Part shown: positions 9,850 through 19,860 of the stretch, in pieces
Numbering within the stretch: the first letter of the stretch is position 1
Layout of the letters: the number at the start of each line of letters is the position of its first letter
Source: an uncultured Actinomycetota bacterium
Lineage (GTDB): Bacteria; Actinomycetota; Actinomycetes; JAFAQI01
Reading direction: 5' to 3'
DNA: 64,000 nt
NCBI GenBank assembly: GCA_963770565.1
Contig: CAVYQE010000001.1
Span: 608,001 to 672,000 of the forward strand
Notes under the pieces: generated by a model
What the model was told of the DNA's origin: nothing
Database searches by the model: none
The model's input: the letters and a program-made list of their open reading frames with translations, nothing else
Translations under genes and position numbers: made by a program

Positions 9850-10787
9850 CCGCCGTGGCGGTGGGCACCGTGCGGCTGGGCACCCGCCGCTCTGCCCTCG
9901 CGCTCGCCCAGGCCGGTGCGGTGGCCGACGCGTTGCGGATGACCGGCCACGAGATCGAGCTGGTCGAGGTCGTGACCGAGGGCGACCGCTCGACCGAAGC
10001 GCTCAGTCAGCTTGGCGGCACCGGCGTGTTCGTCACCGAGCTCCGCCAGCGGCTGTTGGCGGGGGAGATCGACGTCGCCGTGCACTCACTCAAGGACCTG
10101 CCGACCGCGGGGCCGGACGGCATCGTGCTGGCGGCGATCCCGCCGCGGGCCGATCCGCGGGACGCGTTGGTCGCGCGCGACGGCCTCGGGCTCACCGAGC
10201 TGCCCGCCGGTGCGACGGTCGCGACCGGCTCGCCGCGCCGCGCCGCCCAGCTGCGTGCGCTCGGGCTCGGCCTGGAGGTCGTCCCGATCCGGGGCAACGT
10301 CGACACCAGGCTGCGCCGGGTGACCTCCGCCGACGTCGACGCGGTCGTCCTCGCCGCCGCCGGGCTGCAGCGGCTCGGCCGGCTCGATGAGGCGACCGAG
10401 ATCCTCGACCCCGGCCAGATGCTGCCGGCCCCGGGCCAGGGCGCGCTGGCGGTCGAGTGCCGCGCCGACGACCTGGCTCGACGGGATTGGCTCAGTGCGA
10501 CCCTCGATGACGAGACGACGCGAGCGGCGGTGACCGCCGAGCGTGCCCTGCTCGCTGCGCTGGAGGCTGGCTGCAGCGCCCCGGTCGGGGCGCTGGCCGA
10601 TGTCTCGACAGCAGACGCCGGGCCTGATGAGATCTACTTGCGCGCCGTTGTCGCCGCAGTCGATGGCGCCCGCACGATCCGACTTTCCATCACCGGGCCG
10701 AGCAACGACGCTCCGGGGCTCGGGCACCAACTGGCACGGGACCTGCTCGATGCAGGCGCGGCCGATCTGATGGACGGTGCCGCATGA
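9846..10787 (+). CDS. hemC: hydroxymethylbilane synthase
   Basis: GTRRSALALAQ, AVHSLKD, RGNVDTR and LEAGCSAP motifs. Confidence 0.97.
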   Translation: MTAVAVGTVRLGTRRSALALAQAGAVADALRMTGHEIELVEVVTEGDRSTEALSQLGGTGVFVTELRQRLLAGEIDVAVHSLKDLPTAGPDGIVLAAIPPRADPRDALVARDGLGLTELPAGATVATGSPRRAAQLRALGLGLEVVPIRGNVDTRLRRVTSADVDAVVLAAAGLQRLGRLDEATEILDPGQMLPAPGQGALAVECRADDLARRDWLSATLDDETTRAAVTAERALLAALEAGCSAPVGALADVSTADAGPDEIYLRAVVAAVDGARTIRLSITGPSNDAPGLGHQLARDLLDAGAADLMDGAA

Positions 10788-10818
10788 ACCTGCAACCCGC
10801 AATGATCGGAGACACAGC

Positions 10819-12396
10819 GTGACCAACAGCCGGACCAAGCCCAAGCCGGGCACCGTGACCTTCATCGGGGCCGGTCCGGGCGATCCGGGCTTGCTGACGG
10901 TCCGGGCGGTGGAGGTGCTGGCCGCAGCGGACGTGGTGGCGCTGCCCCGCCCGCACCTCGACGCCGTTCTTGCCTTCTGCGACCCGGCGGTCGAGATCAT
11001 CGACACCCGTTGCACCGACGTGGCGGCGAGCAAGCCGGTGATCGCCGCGGCCAGGGCCGGCAAGCAGGTGGCCCGGGTGTTCGCCGGCGACCCGACCGTC
11101 CTGTGCGCCTTCGCCGAGGAGGCCGACGCCTGCGCGAAGGCCAAGCTGGACTTCGAGCTGGTGCCCGGGGTCAGTGCGGCGCTCGCGGTTCCGGCGTACG
11201 CCGGGGTGCCGGTGACCGACAAGCGGATCCGGACCGTGCACGTCGTGGACGTCTCCTCGGAGGGCCCCGAGCCGGACTGGTCGGCAGCGAGCGCGCCCGG
11301 CCAGACCTTGGTGCTGATGAACTGCGACGGCGCGGTCGGCAAGGTCGCCGCTGCCCTGGTCGAGCACGGCCGCCGCGGCGACACCCCGATCTCGGTCACC
11401 GTGGCCGGTACGACGACCAGCCAGCGCACCGTGGTCTCCACCCTCGACACGGTCGAGCGCGACACCGCGACGCTCAGTGGGCCGGCGGTTGCCGTGGTCG
11501 GGGACGTGGTCAAGCTGCGCGACCGGCTGTCCTGGTGGGAGGCCAAGCCGCTGTTCGGCTGGAAGGTGCTCGTCCCGCGGACCAAGGAGCAGGCGGCGGC
11601 GCTGTCCGACCAGCTGGTCTCCTACGGCGCGGTGCCGGTCGAGGTCCCGACCATCGCGGTCGAGCCGCCGCGGACGCCGCAGGCGGTCGACCGCGCGATT
11701 CGCGGTCTGGTCACCGGGCGCTACGCCTGGGTTGCGCTGACCTCGGTCAACGCGGCCCGGGCGATCCGCGAGAAGATCGAGGAGCTCGGCCTGGACGCGC
11801 GCGCCCTCGCCGGGGTCAAGATCGCCTGCGTTGGCGACCAGACCGCGGCGGCGATGGTCGCCTGGGGGGTCCGGCCCGACCTGGTGCCGAGTGAGCAGCA
11901 GTCGAGTGAGGGCCTGCTCGCCGACTGGCCGGACTACGAGCCGGGGTACGACGCGCTGGACCGGGTGCTGCTGCCGCGCGCCGACATCGCGACCGAGACC
12001 CTCTCGGCCGGGCTGATCGACCGTGGCTGGCAGGTCGACGACGTGACCGCCTACCGCACCGTGCGGGCCGCGCCCCCGCCGGCCGAGACCCGCGAGGCGA
12101 TCAAGACCGGCGGCTTCGACGCGGTGCTGTTCACCTCGTCCTCGACCGTGCGCAACCTGGTCGGCATCGCCGGCAAGCCGCACACCTCGAGCATCATCGC
12201 GGTGATCGGACCGCAGACCGCGAAAACCGCGGAGGAGCTCGGCCTGCGGGTCGACGTCCACGCCGACTCGCCGTCGGTCGCCGCGCTGGCCGAAGGTCTT
12301 GCGCGGTTCGGGCGCGACCGTCGCGAGGCCGGTGAGCTGCTGCCTCCGGGCAAGGCCAACCGGGCCAGGATCACGCGGGCCAAGAAGTCGAAATGA
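10819..12396 (+). CDS. hemD: uroporphyrinogen-III C-methyltransferase / uroporphyrinogen-III synthase fusion
   Basis: GAGPGDPGLLT and VPGVS (CobA-like) followed by a HemD domain (PLFGWKVLVPRT, FTSSSTV). Confidence 0.93.
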   Translation: MTNSRTKPKPGTVTFIGAGPGDPGLLTVRAVEVLAAADVVALPRPHLDAVLAFCDPAVEIIDTRCTDVAASKPVIAAARAGKQVARVFAGDPTVLCAFAEEADACAKAKLDFELVPGVSAALAVPAYAGVPVTDKRIRTVHVVDVSSEGPEPDWSAASAPGQTLVLMNCDGAVGKVAAALVEHGRRGDTPISVTVAGTTTSQRTVVSTLDTVERDTATLSGPAVAVVGDVVKLRDRLSWWEAKPLFGWKVLVPRTKEQAAALSDQLVSYGAVPVEVPTIAVEPPRTPQAVDRAIRGLVTGRYAWVALTSVNAARAIREKIEELGLDARALAGVKIACVGDQTAAAMVAWGVRPDLVPSEQQSSEGLLADWPDYEPGYDALDRVLLPRADIATETLSAGLIDRGWQVDDVTAYRTVRAAPPPAETREAIKTGGFDAVLFTSSSTVRNLVGIAGKPHTSSIIAVIGPQTAKTAEELGLRVDVHADSPSVAALAEGLARFGRDRREAGELLPPGKANRARITRAKKSK

Positions 12397-13385
12397 CGGT
12401 CTCCGGCGGCCGATACCCGATCTCGCGACCGAGGCGGTTGCGGCGCACGCCGGCGCTGCGCCGGCTCGCCGCGCAGGTGTCGGTGTCGCCGGGTGACCTT
12501 GTGCTGCCGTTGTTCGTCAAGGAGTCGGTGGTCGAGCCGACCCCGATCCCGTCGATGCCCGGCGTGGTTCAGCACTCCCGCGACTCGGTGCGCAAGGCGG
12601 CGAGCGAAGCGGCGCAAGCGGGTGTGGGCGGGCTGATGCTGTTCGGGATCCCGGCGGTCAAGGATGCCCGCGGCAGCGGAGCCGACGACCCGGACGGTGT
12701 CGTGCAGCAGGCGCTTCGCGATCTCGTCAGCGAGGTCGGCGACGCGGTCGTAGTGATGAGCGATCTGTGCCTGGACGAATACACCGACCACGGCCACTGC
12801 GGCGTGCTCACTGAATCCGGCGCGCTGGACAACGACGCGACGCTCGAACGCTATGCGTCGATCGCCGTTGCTCAGGCCGAGGCGGGAGCGCACGTGGTCG
12901 GGCCGAGCGGGATGATGGACGGTCAGGTTGGCGCGATCAGAAACGCGTTGGACAGCAACGGTTTTACCGATGTCGCCATCCTTGCCTACTCGGTGAAGTA
13001 CGCCTCGGCGATGTACGGGCCGTTCCGGGATGCGGCCGAGTGCGCACCGCAGTTCGGCGACCGCGCGTCGTACCAGCAGGACCCGGCGCGGCTGGCCGAC
13101 GAGGCGGTTCGCGAGGCATTGCTCGACATCGCCGAAGGTGCCGACATGGTGATGGTCAAGCCGGCGATCGGCTACCTCGATGTCGTCCGCGCAGTTGCCG
13201 AGGCCGTTGACGTTCCGGTGGCGGCCTACAACGTGTCCGGTGAGTACTCCATGCTCGAGGCGGCGGCCGCGAACGGCTGGATCGACCGGGAGCGGGCGAT
13301 CGGCGAGATGCTGGCGTCGGTCAAGCGAGCCGGGGCCGGCATCGTGCTCACCTACTGGGCGGCAGAAGTCGCGGCTCGCCTCTAG
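12393..13385 (+). CDS. hemB: porphobilinogen synthase
   Basis: RPRRLR, DLCLDEYTDHGHCG, PSGMMDG, MVKPA and AYNVSGEY motifs. Confidence 0.97.
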   Translation: MTVSGGRYPISRPRRLRRTPALRRLAAQVSVSPGDLVLPLFVKESVVEPTPIPSMPGVVQHSRDSVRKAASEAAQAGVGGLMLFGIPAVKDARGSGADDPDGVVQQALRDLVSEVGDAVVVMSDLCLDEYTDHGHCGVLTESGALDNDATLERYASIAVAQAEAGAHVVGPSGMMDGQVGAIRNALDSNGFTDVAILAYSVKYASAMYGPFRDAAECAPQFGDRASYQQDPARLADEAVREALLDIAEGADMVMVKPAIGYLDVVRAVAEAVDVPVAAYNVSGEYSMLEAAAANGWIDRERAIGEMLASVKRAGAGIVLTYWAAEVAARL

Positions 13386-14617
13386 TCGATGAGTGCCTGG
13401 TAGACCAGCTGGCGCAGCTGCGGTCGCAGCGGATACGTGCTCGACGGCAAGAGCTGGGTCATGAACACGACCGCGAGGTCCTCGCTCGGGTCGACCCAGA
13501 ACGCGGTGCTGGCCATGCCGCCCCAGTACGCCTCGCCGGCACTGGTCAGCACCTTCGCCGCGACCGGGTCGTCCGTCACGGCCAGCCCGAGTCCGAAGCC
13601 GACCCCGTCGTACCGGGTCTCCGCCGAGATCGGCCGGCCGAAGGAAGCCAGGTCCGCGCCGCCGGGCAGGTGGTTGCGGCTCATGTAGCGAATGGTCCGC
13701 GGTGACAGCAACCGCTCGCCCTCGAGCTGCCCGCCGCCGAGCAGCAGGTGGCAGAACCGGATGTAGTCGTTGCTGGTCGACACCAGGCCACCGCCGCCGG
13801 AGAGCCACTTCGGAGGATGCTTGAACGGCTCGCCGAGCACGTCGTAGCGGACCTTCTCGGTCAGGGCGGGCGCGATCGCGTAGAGCGCTGCGAGCCGATC
13901 ATGATCTTCCGGCCCGACCTCGAAGCCGGTGTCGTTCATCGCGAGCGGATCGAAGACCCGCCATTGCAGGAACTCGTCGAGGGGTTGGCCGGACCAGATC
14001 TCGACCAGCCGGCCGAGCACGTCGGTCGCCACTGAGTAGAGCCACTCCGACCCCGGCTCGAACGCCAGCGGCAGCGCGGCCCAGGCCGCGACGCAGCCGG
14101 CCAGGTCGAGGGCGTGCGTCGACCCGAGATCGAACCCGGCGTTGCGGTAGATCTCGTCCGTGACGTGCACGCGGTGGAAGGCGTACGTCAGCCCGGCGGT
14201 GTGCGTCAACAGGTGCCAAACCCGGATCGGCTCGGTCGCCGGCACGGTCACGGGCTTGTTCGCCGGGCCGCCCAGATAGACCCGCGGTGCCGCGAACTCG
14301 GGCAGCCAGCGGCTGATCGGGTCGGTCAGCTCGAAGCTGCCCTGCTCGTACAGCATCATCGCGGCGACCGAGGTGATCGGCTTGGTCATCGAGTAGATCC
14401 GCCACAGGGTGTCGGTGTCGACCGGACGACCGGCTTCGATGTCCGCACTCCCGTACGACCTCAGATGCGCGATCCGGCCGCGTCGGCTGATCGTCAGCTG
14501 GTAGCCCGGCAGCCGGCCGTCGTCGACGTAGGCAGCGAAGTGCCGGTCGATCCGACCCAGCCGGGCAGCGTCGATCCCGACCTCGCCGGGGTCGACGTTG
14601 ATACCGAAGTCCGTCAT
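13382..14617 (-). CDS. serine hydrolase, beta-lactamase/class C-like esterase family
   Basis: YSMTK (SxxK), HLLTHTAGL, WLYS and GGGGLVST motifs. The start is placed downstream of the tandem repeat. Confidence 0.9.
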   Translation of the reverse strand: MTDFGINVDPGEVGIDAARLGRIDRHFAAYVDDGRLPGYQLTISRRGRIAHLRSYGSADIEAGRPVDTDTLWRIYSMTKPITSVAAMMLYEQGSFELTDPISRWLPEFAAPRVYLGGPANKPVTVPATEPIRVWHLLTHTAGLTYAFHRVHVTDEIYRNAGFDLGSTHALDLAGCVAAWAALPLAFEPGSEWLYSVATDVLGRLVEIWSGQPLDEFLQWRVFDPLAMNDTGFEVGPEDHDRLAALYAIAPALTEKVRYDVLGEPFKHPPKWLSGGGGLVSTSNDYIRFCHLLLGGGQLEGERLLSPRTIRYMSRNHLPGGADLASFGRPISAETRYDGVGFGLGLAVTDDPVAAKVLTSAGEAYWGGMASTAFWVDPSEDLAVVFMTQLLPSSTYPLRPQLRQLVYQALID

Positions 14618-14635
14618 GGCTGCAGCCTCGCACGC

Positions 14636-14787
14636 GCCCCACCGATGGGCCATGCGTGTGGCTATAGCCCCACCGATGGGCCATGCGTGTGGCTATAGCC
14701 CCACCGATGGGCCATGCGTGTGGCTATAGCCCCACCGATGGGCCATGCGTGTGGCTATAGCCCCACCGATGGGCCATGCGTGTGGCT
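14636..14787. repeat. perfect tandem array of a 31-bp unit (4 full copies plus 28 bp), family B
   Basis: GCCCCACCGATGGGCCATGCGTGTGGCTATA starts at 14636, 14667, 14698, 14729 and 14760. No spacers. Confidence 0.97.
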
Positions 14788-14803
14788 TGCGAGGATGGTG
14801 GTC

Positions 14804-16126
14804 GTGCCCACCGACCCGGCTCCCGCTTCCACGGCGCTGTTCGCGCGCGCCCAGGCGGTGACGCCGGGCGGCGTGAACTCCCCGGTACGCGCTTTCCGGG
14901 CGGTTGGCGGCGTGCCGAGGTTCATGGTGCGCGGCAACGGCCCATACCTCTACGACGCCGACGATCGGGAGTACGTCGATCTGGTCTGCTCGTGGGGCCC
15001 GACCATCCTCGGGCACGCGCATCCCGCCGTGGTCGAGGCCGCGCAGCGAGCGGCCGCGGCCGGGTTGTCGTTCGGGGCCCCGACGCCGGGCGAGGTCGAG
15101 CTGGCGGAGGAGATCGTGGGCCTGGTCGGGCCGGTCGAGCAGGTGCGGCTGGTCAACTCGGGCACCGAGGCGACGATGAGCGCGGTCCGGCTGGCCAGAG
15201 GGGTCACCCGCCGGACAAAAGTGGTGAAGTTCGCCGGCTGCTACCACGGTCACGTCGACGCGCTGCTGGCCAGCGCCGGAAGCGGGGTCGCGACCTTCGC
15301 CCTGCCCGACTCGCCCGGGGTGACCGGCGCGACCGCGGCAGAGACGATCGTGTTGCCCTACAACGACATCGAAGCGGTCGAGTCGGCGTTCGCCGAGTCG
15401 GGCGCGGAGATCGCCTGCCTCATCACCGAGGCGGCGGCTGCGAACATGGGGGTCGTTGCACCGCAGCCGGGGTTCAACCAGCGGCTGCGTGATCTGACCG
15501 CTGCGCACGGCGCGTTGCTGATCCTCGACGAGGTGATGACCGGCTTTCGGGTCAGCCGGGCCGGCTGGTTCGGGCTCGAGGGCGTGCCGGCCGACCTGTT
15601 CACCTTCGGCAAGGTGATGAGCGGCGGGCTGCCGGCCGCCGCCTTCGGCGGCCGGGCCGACGTGATGGGCCAGCTCGCCCCGGCCGGTCCGGTCTACCAA
15701 GCCGGCACGCTGTCCGGAAACCCGGTGGCGGTCGCGGCTGGTCTCGCGCAGCTGCGGCACTGCACCGACGACGTCTACGCCCGTGTCGATGCGACCGCTG
15801 CCACGGTTGCCGATCTCGTCGCAACCGCGTTGCGCGAGGCCGGGGTCGCGCACCGGATCAACACTGCCGGAAGCCTCTTCTCGGTGTTCTTCCTCGACGG
15901 CGAGGTGGTCGACTTCGACACCGCCCGCAAGACGTCCGTTAGCCGCTACGCCGCGTTCTTCCATTCGATGCTCGACGCCGGCGTCTACCTGCCGCCGTCG
16001 GCGTTCGAGGCCTGGTTCGTCGGGGCGAGTCACGACGATGCCGCGATCGATCGAATCGCCGCCGCACTGCCGGCCGCGGCCCGGGCCGCAGCCGCCGCTG
16101 TCAGCAACCCAGCCGGGACAGGATGA
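14804..16126 (+). CDS. hemL: glutamate-1-semialdehyde 2,1-aminomutase
   Basis: [33 protein letters not shown] and FGK motifs. GTG 14804 follows a GAGGAT hexamer by 7 nt; ATG 14795 is an alternative start. Confidence 0.96.
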   Translation: MPTDPAPASTALFARAQAVTPGGVNSPVRAFRAVGGVPRFMVRGNGPYLYDADDREYVDLVCSWGPTILGHAHPAVVEAAQRAAAAGLSFGAPTPGEVELAEEIVGLVGPVEQVRLVNSGTEATMSAVRLARGVTRRTKVVKFAGCYHGHVDALLASAGSGVATFALPDSPGVTGATAAETIVLPYNDIEAVESAFAESGAEIACLITEAAAANMGVVAPQPGFNQRLRDLTAAHGALLILDEVMTGFRVSRAGWFGLEGVPADLFTFGKVMSGGLPAAAFGGRADVMGQLAPAGPVYQAGTLSGNPVAVAAGLAQLRHCTDDVYARVDATAATVADLVATALREAGVAHRINTAGSLFSVFFLDGEVVDFDTARKTSVSRYAAFFHSMLDAGVYLPPSAFEAWFVGASHDDAAIDRIAAALPAAARAAAAAVSNPAGTG

Positions 16127-16130
16127 GCGA

Positions 16131-16763
16131 GTGATCGAGACCGTTGTCCACCTCGTCCGTCACGGCGAGGTCCACAACCCCGACGGCGTGCTCTACGGCC
16201 GGCTGCCCGGCTACCGGCTCTCGATCGCCGGCGAGGAGATGGCCGTCCTGGTGGCGAAGGCGGTCCGCGACCGCGATGTCACCGTGGTCCGGTCGTCGCC
16301 GCTCGAGCGCGCGGTCCAGACCGCCGTACCCATCGCGGCCGAGTTCGGGCTCGTCTCGACCACGGACGACCGGTTGATCGAGAGCGACAACATCTTCGAG
16401 GGCAAGACGTTCGGGGTGGGGGACGGCTCGCTCAAGAACCCGTCCGTGTGGCGCTACCTGTGGAATCCATTCCGGCCGTCCTGGGGCGAGCCGTACGCCG
16501 AGGTCGCCGAGCGGGTCCTTGCCGCGGTCGCCGATGCGCGCACGGCGGCCGCAGGCCACGAGGCCGTGCTGGTGAGCCATCAGCTGCCGATCGAGGTCAC
16601 TCGCCGCAAGGTCGAAGGGGTCCACCTCTGGCATCGGCCGGACCGCCGGCGGTGCGCGCTGGCGTCGATCACCTCGCTGGTCTACGACTCGGACCGGCTG
16701 GTCCGGGTCGACTACTCTGAGCCGGCCGGGGACAGCGGCCGCCACCGGGTCGGTGGCGCGTAA
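16131..16763 (+). CDS. histidine phosphatase (phosphoglycerate mutase) family protein
   Basis: LVRHGEVHNP, SSPLERA and VSHQLPI motifs; conserved position after hemL. Confidence 0.9.
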   Translation: MIETVVHLVRHGEVHNPDGVLYGRLPGYRLSIAGEEMAVLVAKAVRDRDVTVVRSSPLERAVQTAVPIAAEFGLVSTTDDRLIESDNIFEGKTFGVGDGSLKNPSVWRYLWNPFRPSWGEPYAEVAERVLAAVADARTAAAGHEAVLVSHQLPIEVTRRKVEGVHLWHRPDRRRCALASITSLVYDSDRLVRVDYSEPAGDSGRHRVGGA

Positions 16764-16786
16764 TCCAACAAGCCACAATGGTTGCA

Positions 16787-17371
16787 ATGCCTCGCAATGT
16801 CGCTTTCTTCGTCGCCGCGCTCGCGGTGCTCCTCGGCGTCGCCGGATGTGCGGGCACCGGCAACGTCAACACCTCGGTGAGCGACAGCCTCGGCTTCCAA
16901 TACGGCGGTGGCGGCGCCTACATCTACAACGCCGACCATCGCCAGATGGTCGGCGACGTCACCGGTAAGACGCTGCAAGGACAGTCGCTCGACCTGGCCA
17001 GCTACCGCGGGAAGTACGTCGTCGTCAACTTCTGGTCCTATGCCTGTACGCCTTGTCACGTCGAGGAGGACGCATTCGAGGCGGTGTCGCAGGAGTACGC
17101 CGCGAAGGGCGTGCAGTTCGTCGGGGTCGACGAGCGCGACAACAACGTCGCAGCGGCGATGAGCTTCGAACGGCAGTACCACGTCACCTATCCGAGCCTG
17201 TTCGACCGAACCGGTGCTTACACCCTGGACTTCCCGGGTGCGCCGCCGTCGACCACCCCGTTCACGATCATCCTGGATCCGCAAGGCCGGATCGCCGCCA
17301 AGGTGGCCGGCTCGTTAGACCTCACCCACCTGCAGGAGCTGTTGCAGAAGGTCCGGTCGGAGTCGACATGA
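16787..17371 (+). CDS. resA: TlpA/ResA-like thiol-disulfide oxidoreductase lipoprotein
   Basis: Lipobox VAGC and VVNFWSYACTPC CxxC; located in the cytochrome c biogenesis operon. ATG 16778 is an alternative start. Confidence 0.85.
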   Translation: MPRNVAFFVAALAVLLGVAGCAGTGNVNTSVSDSLGFQYGGGGAYIYNADHRQMVGDVTGKTLQGQSLDLASYRGKYVVVNFWSYACTPCHVEEDAFEAVSQEYAAKGVQFVGVDERDNNVAAAMSFERQYHVTYPSLFDRTGAYTLDFPGAPPSTTPFTIILDPQGRIAAKVAGSLDLTHLQELLQKVRSEST

Positions 17372-18243
17372 CGCCCGACGTGATTGCGGGTGCAGCCCAG
17401 TTCGTCGGCGCCGACGCCGCGACCACCTTTCAGCATGCGGCGTCCGGCTCGCTGATCCTCGCCGTGCCGGTCGCGGCCCTCGCCGGGCTGGTCTCGTTCG
17501 CGTCGCCGTGCGTGCTGCCGCTCGTGCCGGCGTACCTGTCCTACATCACCGGCATGTCCGCGGCCGATCTGGCCGCCGCGCGGCCGCCGGTCAGCGACGG
17601 CCCCGGCGCCTCCGTCGCGACCGAGGCGCTGCGCGCCTCGACAACGGGCGGCCAGCATCGCCGCGGCCGGGTCCTGCTCGGGTCGGTGTTGTTCGTCGCC
17701 GGCTTCTCCTCGGTCTTCATCCTGGTCGGCGCACTCTTCGGATACGCCGGTGCGCATCTCGACGCCCACGAGGTCGCGGTCGACCGGATCGCCGGTGCGG
17801 TGGCGATCGTGATGGGCGCGGCGTTCATGGGCTGGATCCCGGGCTTCCAGCGCGAATGGCGCTTCCACCGGTTGCCGGCCGTGGGTCTCGCCGGTGCGCC
17901 GCTGCTCGGGATCGCGTTCGGGGTCGGCTGGACGCCGTGCACCGGGCCGACGCTCGGAGTGGTGCTGGGCCTGGCCGGCGACCCGAGCACGGGGACTGCG
18001 GCGCGCGGCGCGCTGCTCACGGCGGTGTACTGCCTGGGTCTCGGCTTGCCGTTCATCGTGGCCGGCTTGGCCTTCCGTCGTGCGCTGGGCGCGTTCGACG
18101 TGATCAAGCGGCATTACGCCTGGGTGGTGCGGGGCGGCGGACTCTTGCTGATCACGGTCGGCATCCTGCTGGTGACCGGCGAATGGACGACCCTGTCGAC
18201 CGACCTGCGTGAGGCGCTTCCCAGCTACACGGCGCCGGTCTGA
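17368..18243 (+). CDS. ccdA: cytochrome c biogenesis protein CcdA
   Basis: SFASPCVLPLVPAY, GWTPCTGP and GLGLPF motifs. Confidence 0.94.
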   Translation: MTPDVIAGAAQFVGADAATTFQHAASGSLILAVPVAALAGLVSFASPCVLPLVPAYLSYITGMSAADLAAARPPVSDGPGASVATEALRASTTGGQHRRGRVLLGSVLFVAGFSSVFILVGALFGYAGAHLDAHEVAVDRIAGAVAIVMGAAFMGWIPGFQREWRFHRLPAVGLAGAPLLGIAFGVGWTPCTGPTLGVVLGLAGDPSTGTAARGALLTAVYCLGLGLPFIVAGLAFRRALGAFDVIKRHYAWVVRGGGLLLITVGILLVTGEWTTLSTDLREALPSYTAPV

Positions 18244-18248
18244 TCGCG

Positions 18249-19859
18249 ATGACCGAGACGCTGCTCGACGACGACCCCGCAACCCCGCTGTCGACCCAGC
18301 CAGAGGCACCCACCCGGCCGGCCGGCCGCGGCCCGATTCCCGCCCTCCGCCAGTTCTGGCGCCAGCTCACCAGCATGCGCACCGCGTTGCTGCTGCTCAC
18401 GTTGCTCGCCCTGGCCGCGATTCCGGGCACCGTGATCCCGCAGCGCGGGCTCGATCCGGTGAAGGTCAACACGTTCCTGGCGGCGCACCCCCATCTCGGC
18501 CCGTTCATGGACAAGCTGTCGCTGTTCGACGTCTTCGCCTCGCCGTGGTTCGCCGCGATCTACCTCCTGCTCGCGATCTCGCTGATCGGCTGCCTCGTGC
18601 CGCGGATCCGGCTGCACGCCAAGGCGATGCGCCGCCGGCCACCCAACGCACCGCGATATCTGCTCCGGATGCCGGCATCGACGCAATGGGAGACCGACGA
18701 GACGCCGTCGGAGTTCACCACCCGGGTGCATGAGCTGCTCCGACGCAGCCACTGGCGGGCCGACATCCGGCCGGAGCCGGACGGGGCGGTCAGCCTCGCG
18801 GCCGAGAAGGGCTATCTGCGGGAGACCGGCAACCTGGTCTTTCACGTCGCGCTGCTCGTGTTGCTGATCGGGATCGCGCTCAGCGGCCTCTACGGCTACA
18901 AGGGCACCGTGCTGGTGACGAAGGGGGCCGGCTTCGCCAACACCCGCGAGGCCTACGACGTGTTCCAGCCGTCGCGCTTGTTCTCGGACTCCCAGCTTGC
19001 GCCGTTCTCTTTCACCCTGCAGCGCTTCTCCGCGTCGTACCAGTCGAACGGCGAGCCGACCGCGTTCAACGCCTACATCCACTACAAGAGCTCGCTGAAT
19101 GCGCCGGCAAGGCCCTACGACATCCAGGTCAACCATCCGCTGAACCTGCCTGGCGCGAAGGTCTTCCTGGTCGGACATGGCTACTCGTTGCGGATCAAGA
19201 TCACCAACCGCGACGGGGTGACTGAGTACGACGGGCAAGCCCCGTTCCTCCCCGACAACAGCCAGTTCGCATCACATGGCGTGGTCAAGGTGCCGGCGCT
19301 CGGTGCCGGTGGCGGCCAGCTCGGCCTGACCGGCGAGTTCTACCCGACCGGAGCGGTCGCGGCCGGGGGCGGTCTCGTATCGGCCTTCCCGGGGCCGGAC
19401 AACCCGGTGCTGTCGCTGGCCGCGTGGAAGGGCAACCTCGGTCTCAACAGCGGCGTCCCGCAGTCGGATTACTCGCTGCCGGTGAGCGGCCTGAAGAGAA
19501 TCGGCATCACTCAGCTCACCCCGGGCCAGAGCTGGAAGCTGCCCGACGGCGCGACCGTCACCTTCGAAGGCATCGACCAGTGGGCGACGTTCCAGGTCGC
19601 CCACGAACCGGGCAAGCGGACCGTTCTGGTCGCTGCCGTTCTCATCATCGCCGGCTTGCTCGGGTCGCTCCGGGTCCGCCGCCGGCGGTTCTGGGTGCGG
19701 GCCGTCCCGGCGTCGGACGAGGTCGAAGGCGGGCGTACGGTAGTGACCGCGGCAGGGCTGGCCCGCAGCGATGTCGGCGGGTTCGTCGACGAGCTCGACG
19801 ATCTGGTCGCGCAGATCGGTCGGCCCCCGAACGGGGCACCAGAGACCGAGAGGGACTGA
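18249..19859 (+). CDS. resB: cytochrome c biogenesis protein ResB
   Basis: LTSMRTAL, AIPGTVIPQ, ETGNLVFH and VNHPL motifs. Confidence 0.93.
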   Translation: MTETLLDDDPATPLSTQPEAPTRPAGRGPIPALRQFWRQLTSMRTALLLLTLLALAAIPGTVIPQRGLDPVKVNTFLAAHPHLGPFMDKLSLFDVFASPWFAAIYLLLAISLIGCLVPRIRLHAKAMRRRPPNAPRYLLRMPASTQWETDETPSEFTTRVHELLRRSHWRADIRPEPDGAVSLAAEKGYLRETGNLVFHVALLVLLIGIALSGLYGYKGTVLVTKGAGFANTREAYDVFQPSRLFSDSQLAPFSFTLQRFSASYQSNGEPTAFNAYIHYKSSLNAPARPYDIQVNHPLNLPGAKVFLVGHGYSLRIKITNRDGVTEYDGQAPFLPDNSQFASHGVVKVPALGAGGGQLGLTGEFYPTGAVAAGGGLVSAFPGPDNPVLSLAAWKGNLGLNSGVPQSDYSLPVSGLKRIGITQLTPGQSWKLPDGATVTFEGIDQWATFQVAHEPGKRTVLVAAVLIIAGLLGSLRVRRRRFWVRAVPASDEVEGGRTVVTAAGLARSDVGGFVDELDDLVAQIGRPPNGAPETERD

Positions 19860-19860
19860 C

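Noticed and set aside
14636-14787. CRISPR array
   Set aside because: The units are directly abutting and identical with no unique spacers, and there are no cas genes in the window.
14714-14803. N-terminal extensions of HemL (from 14714) and the serine hydrolase (from 14653) given by the ORF track
   Set aside because: Both are translations of the tandem repeat; better starts lie outside the array.
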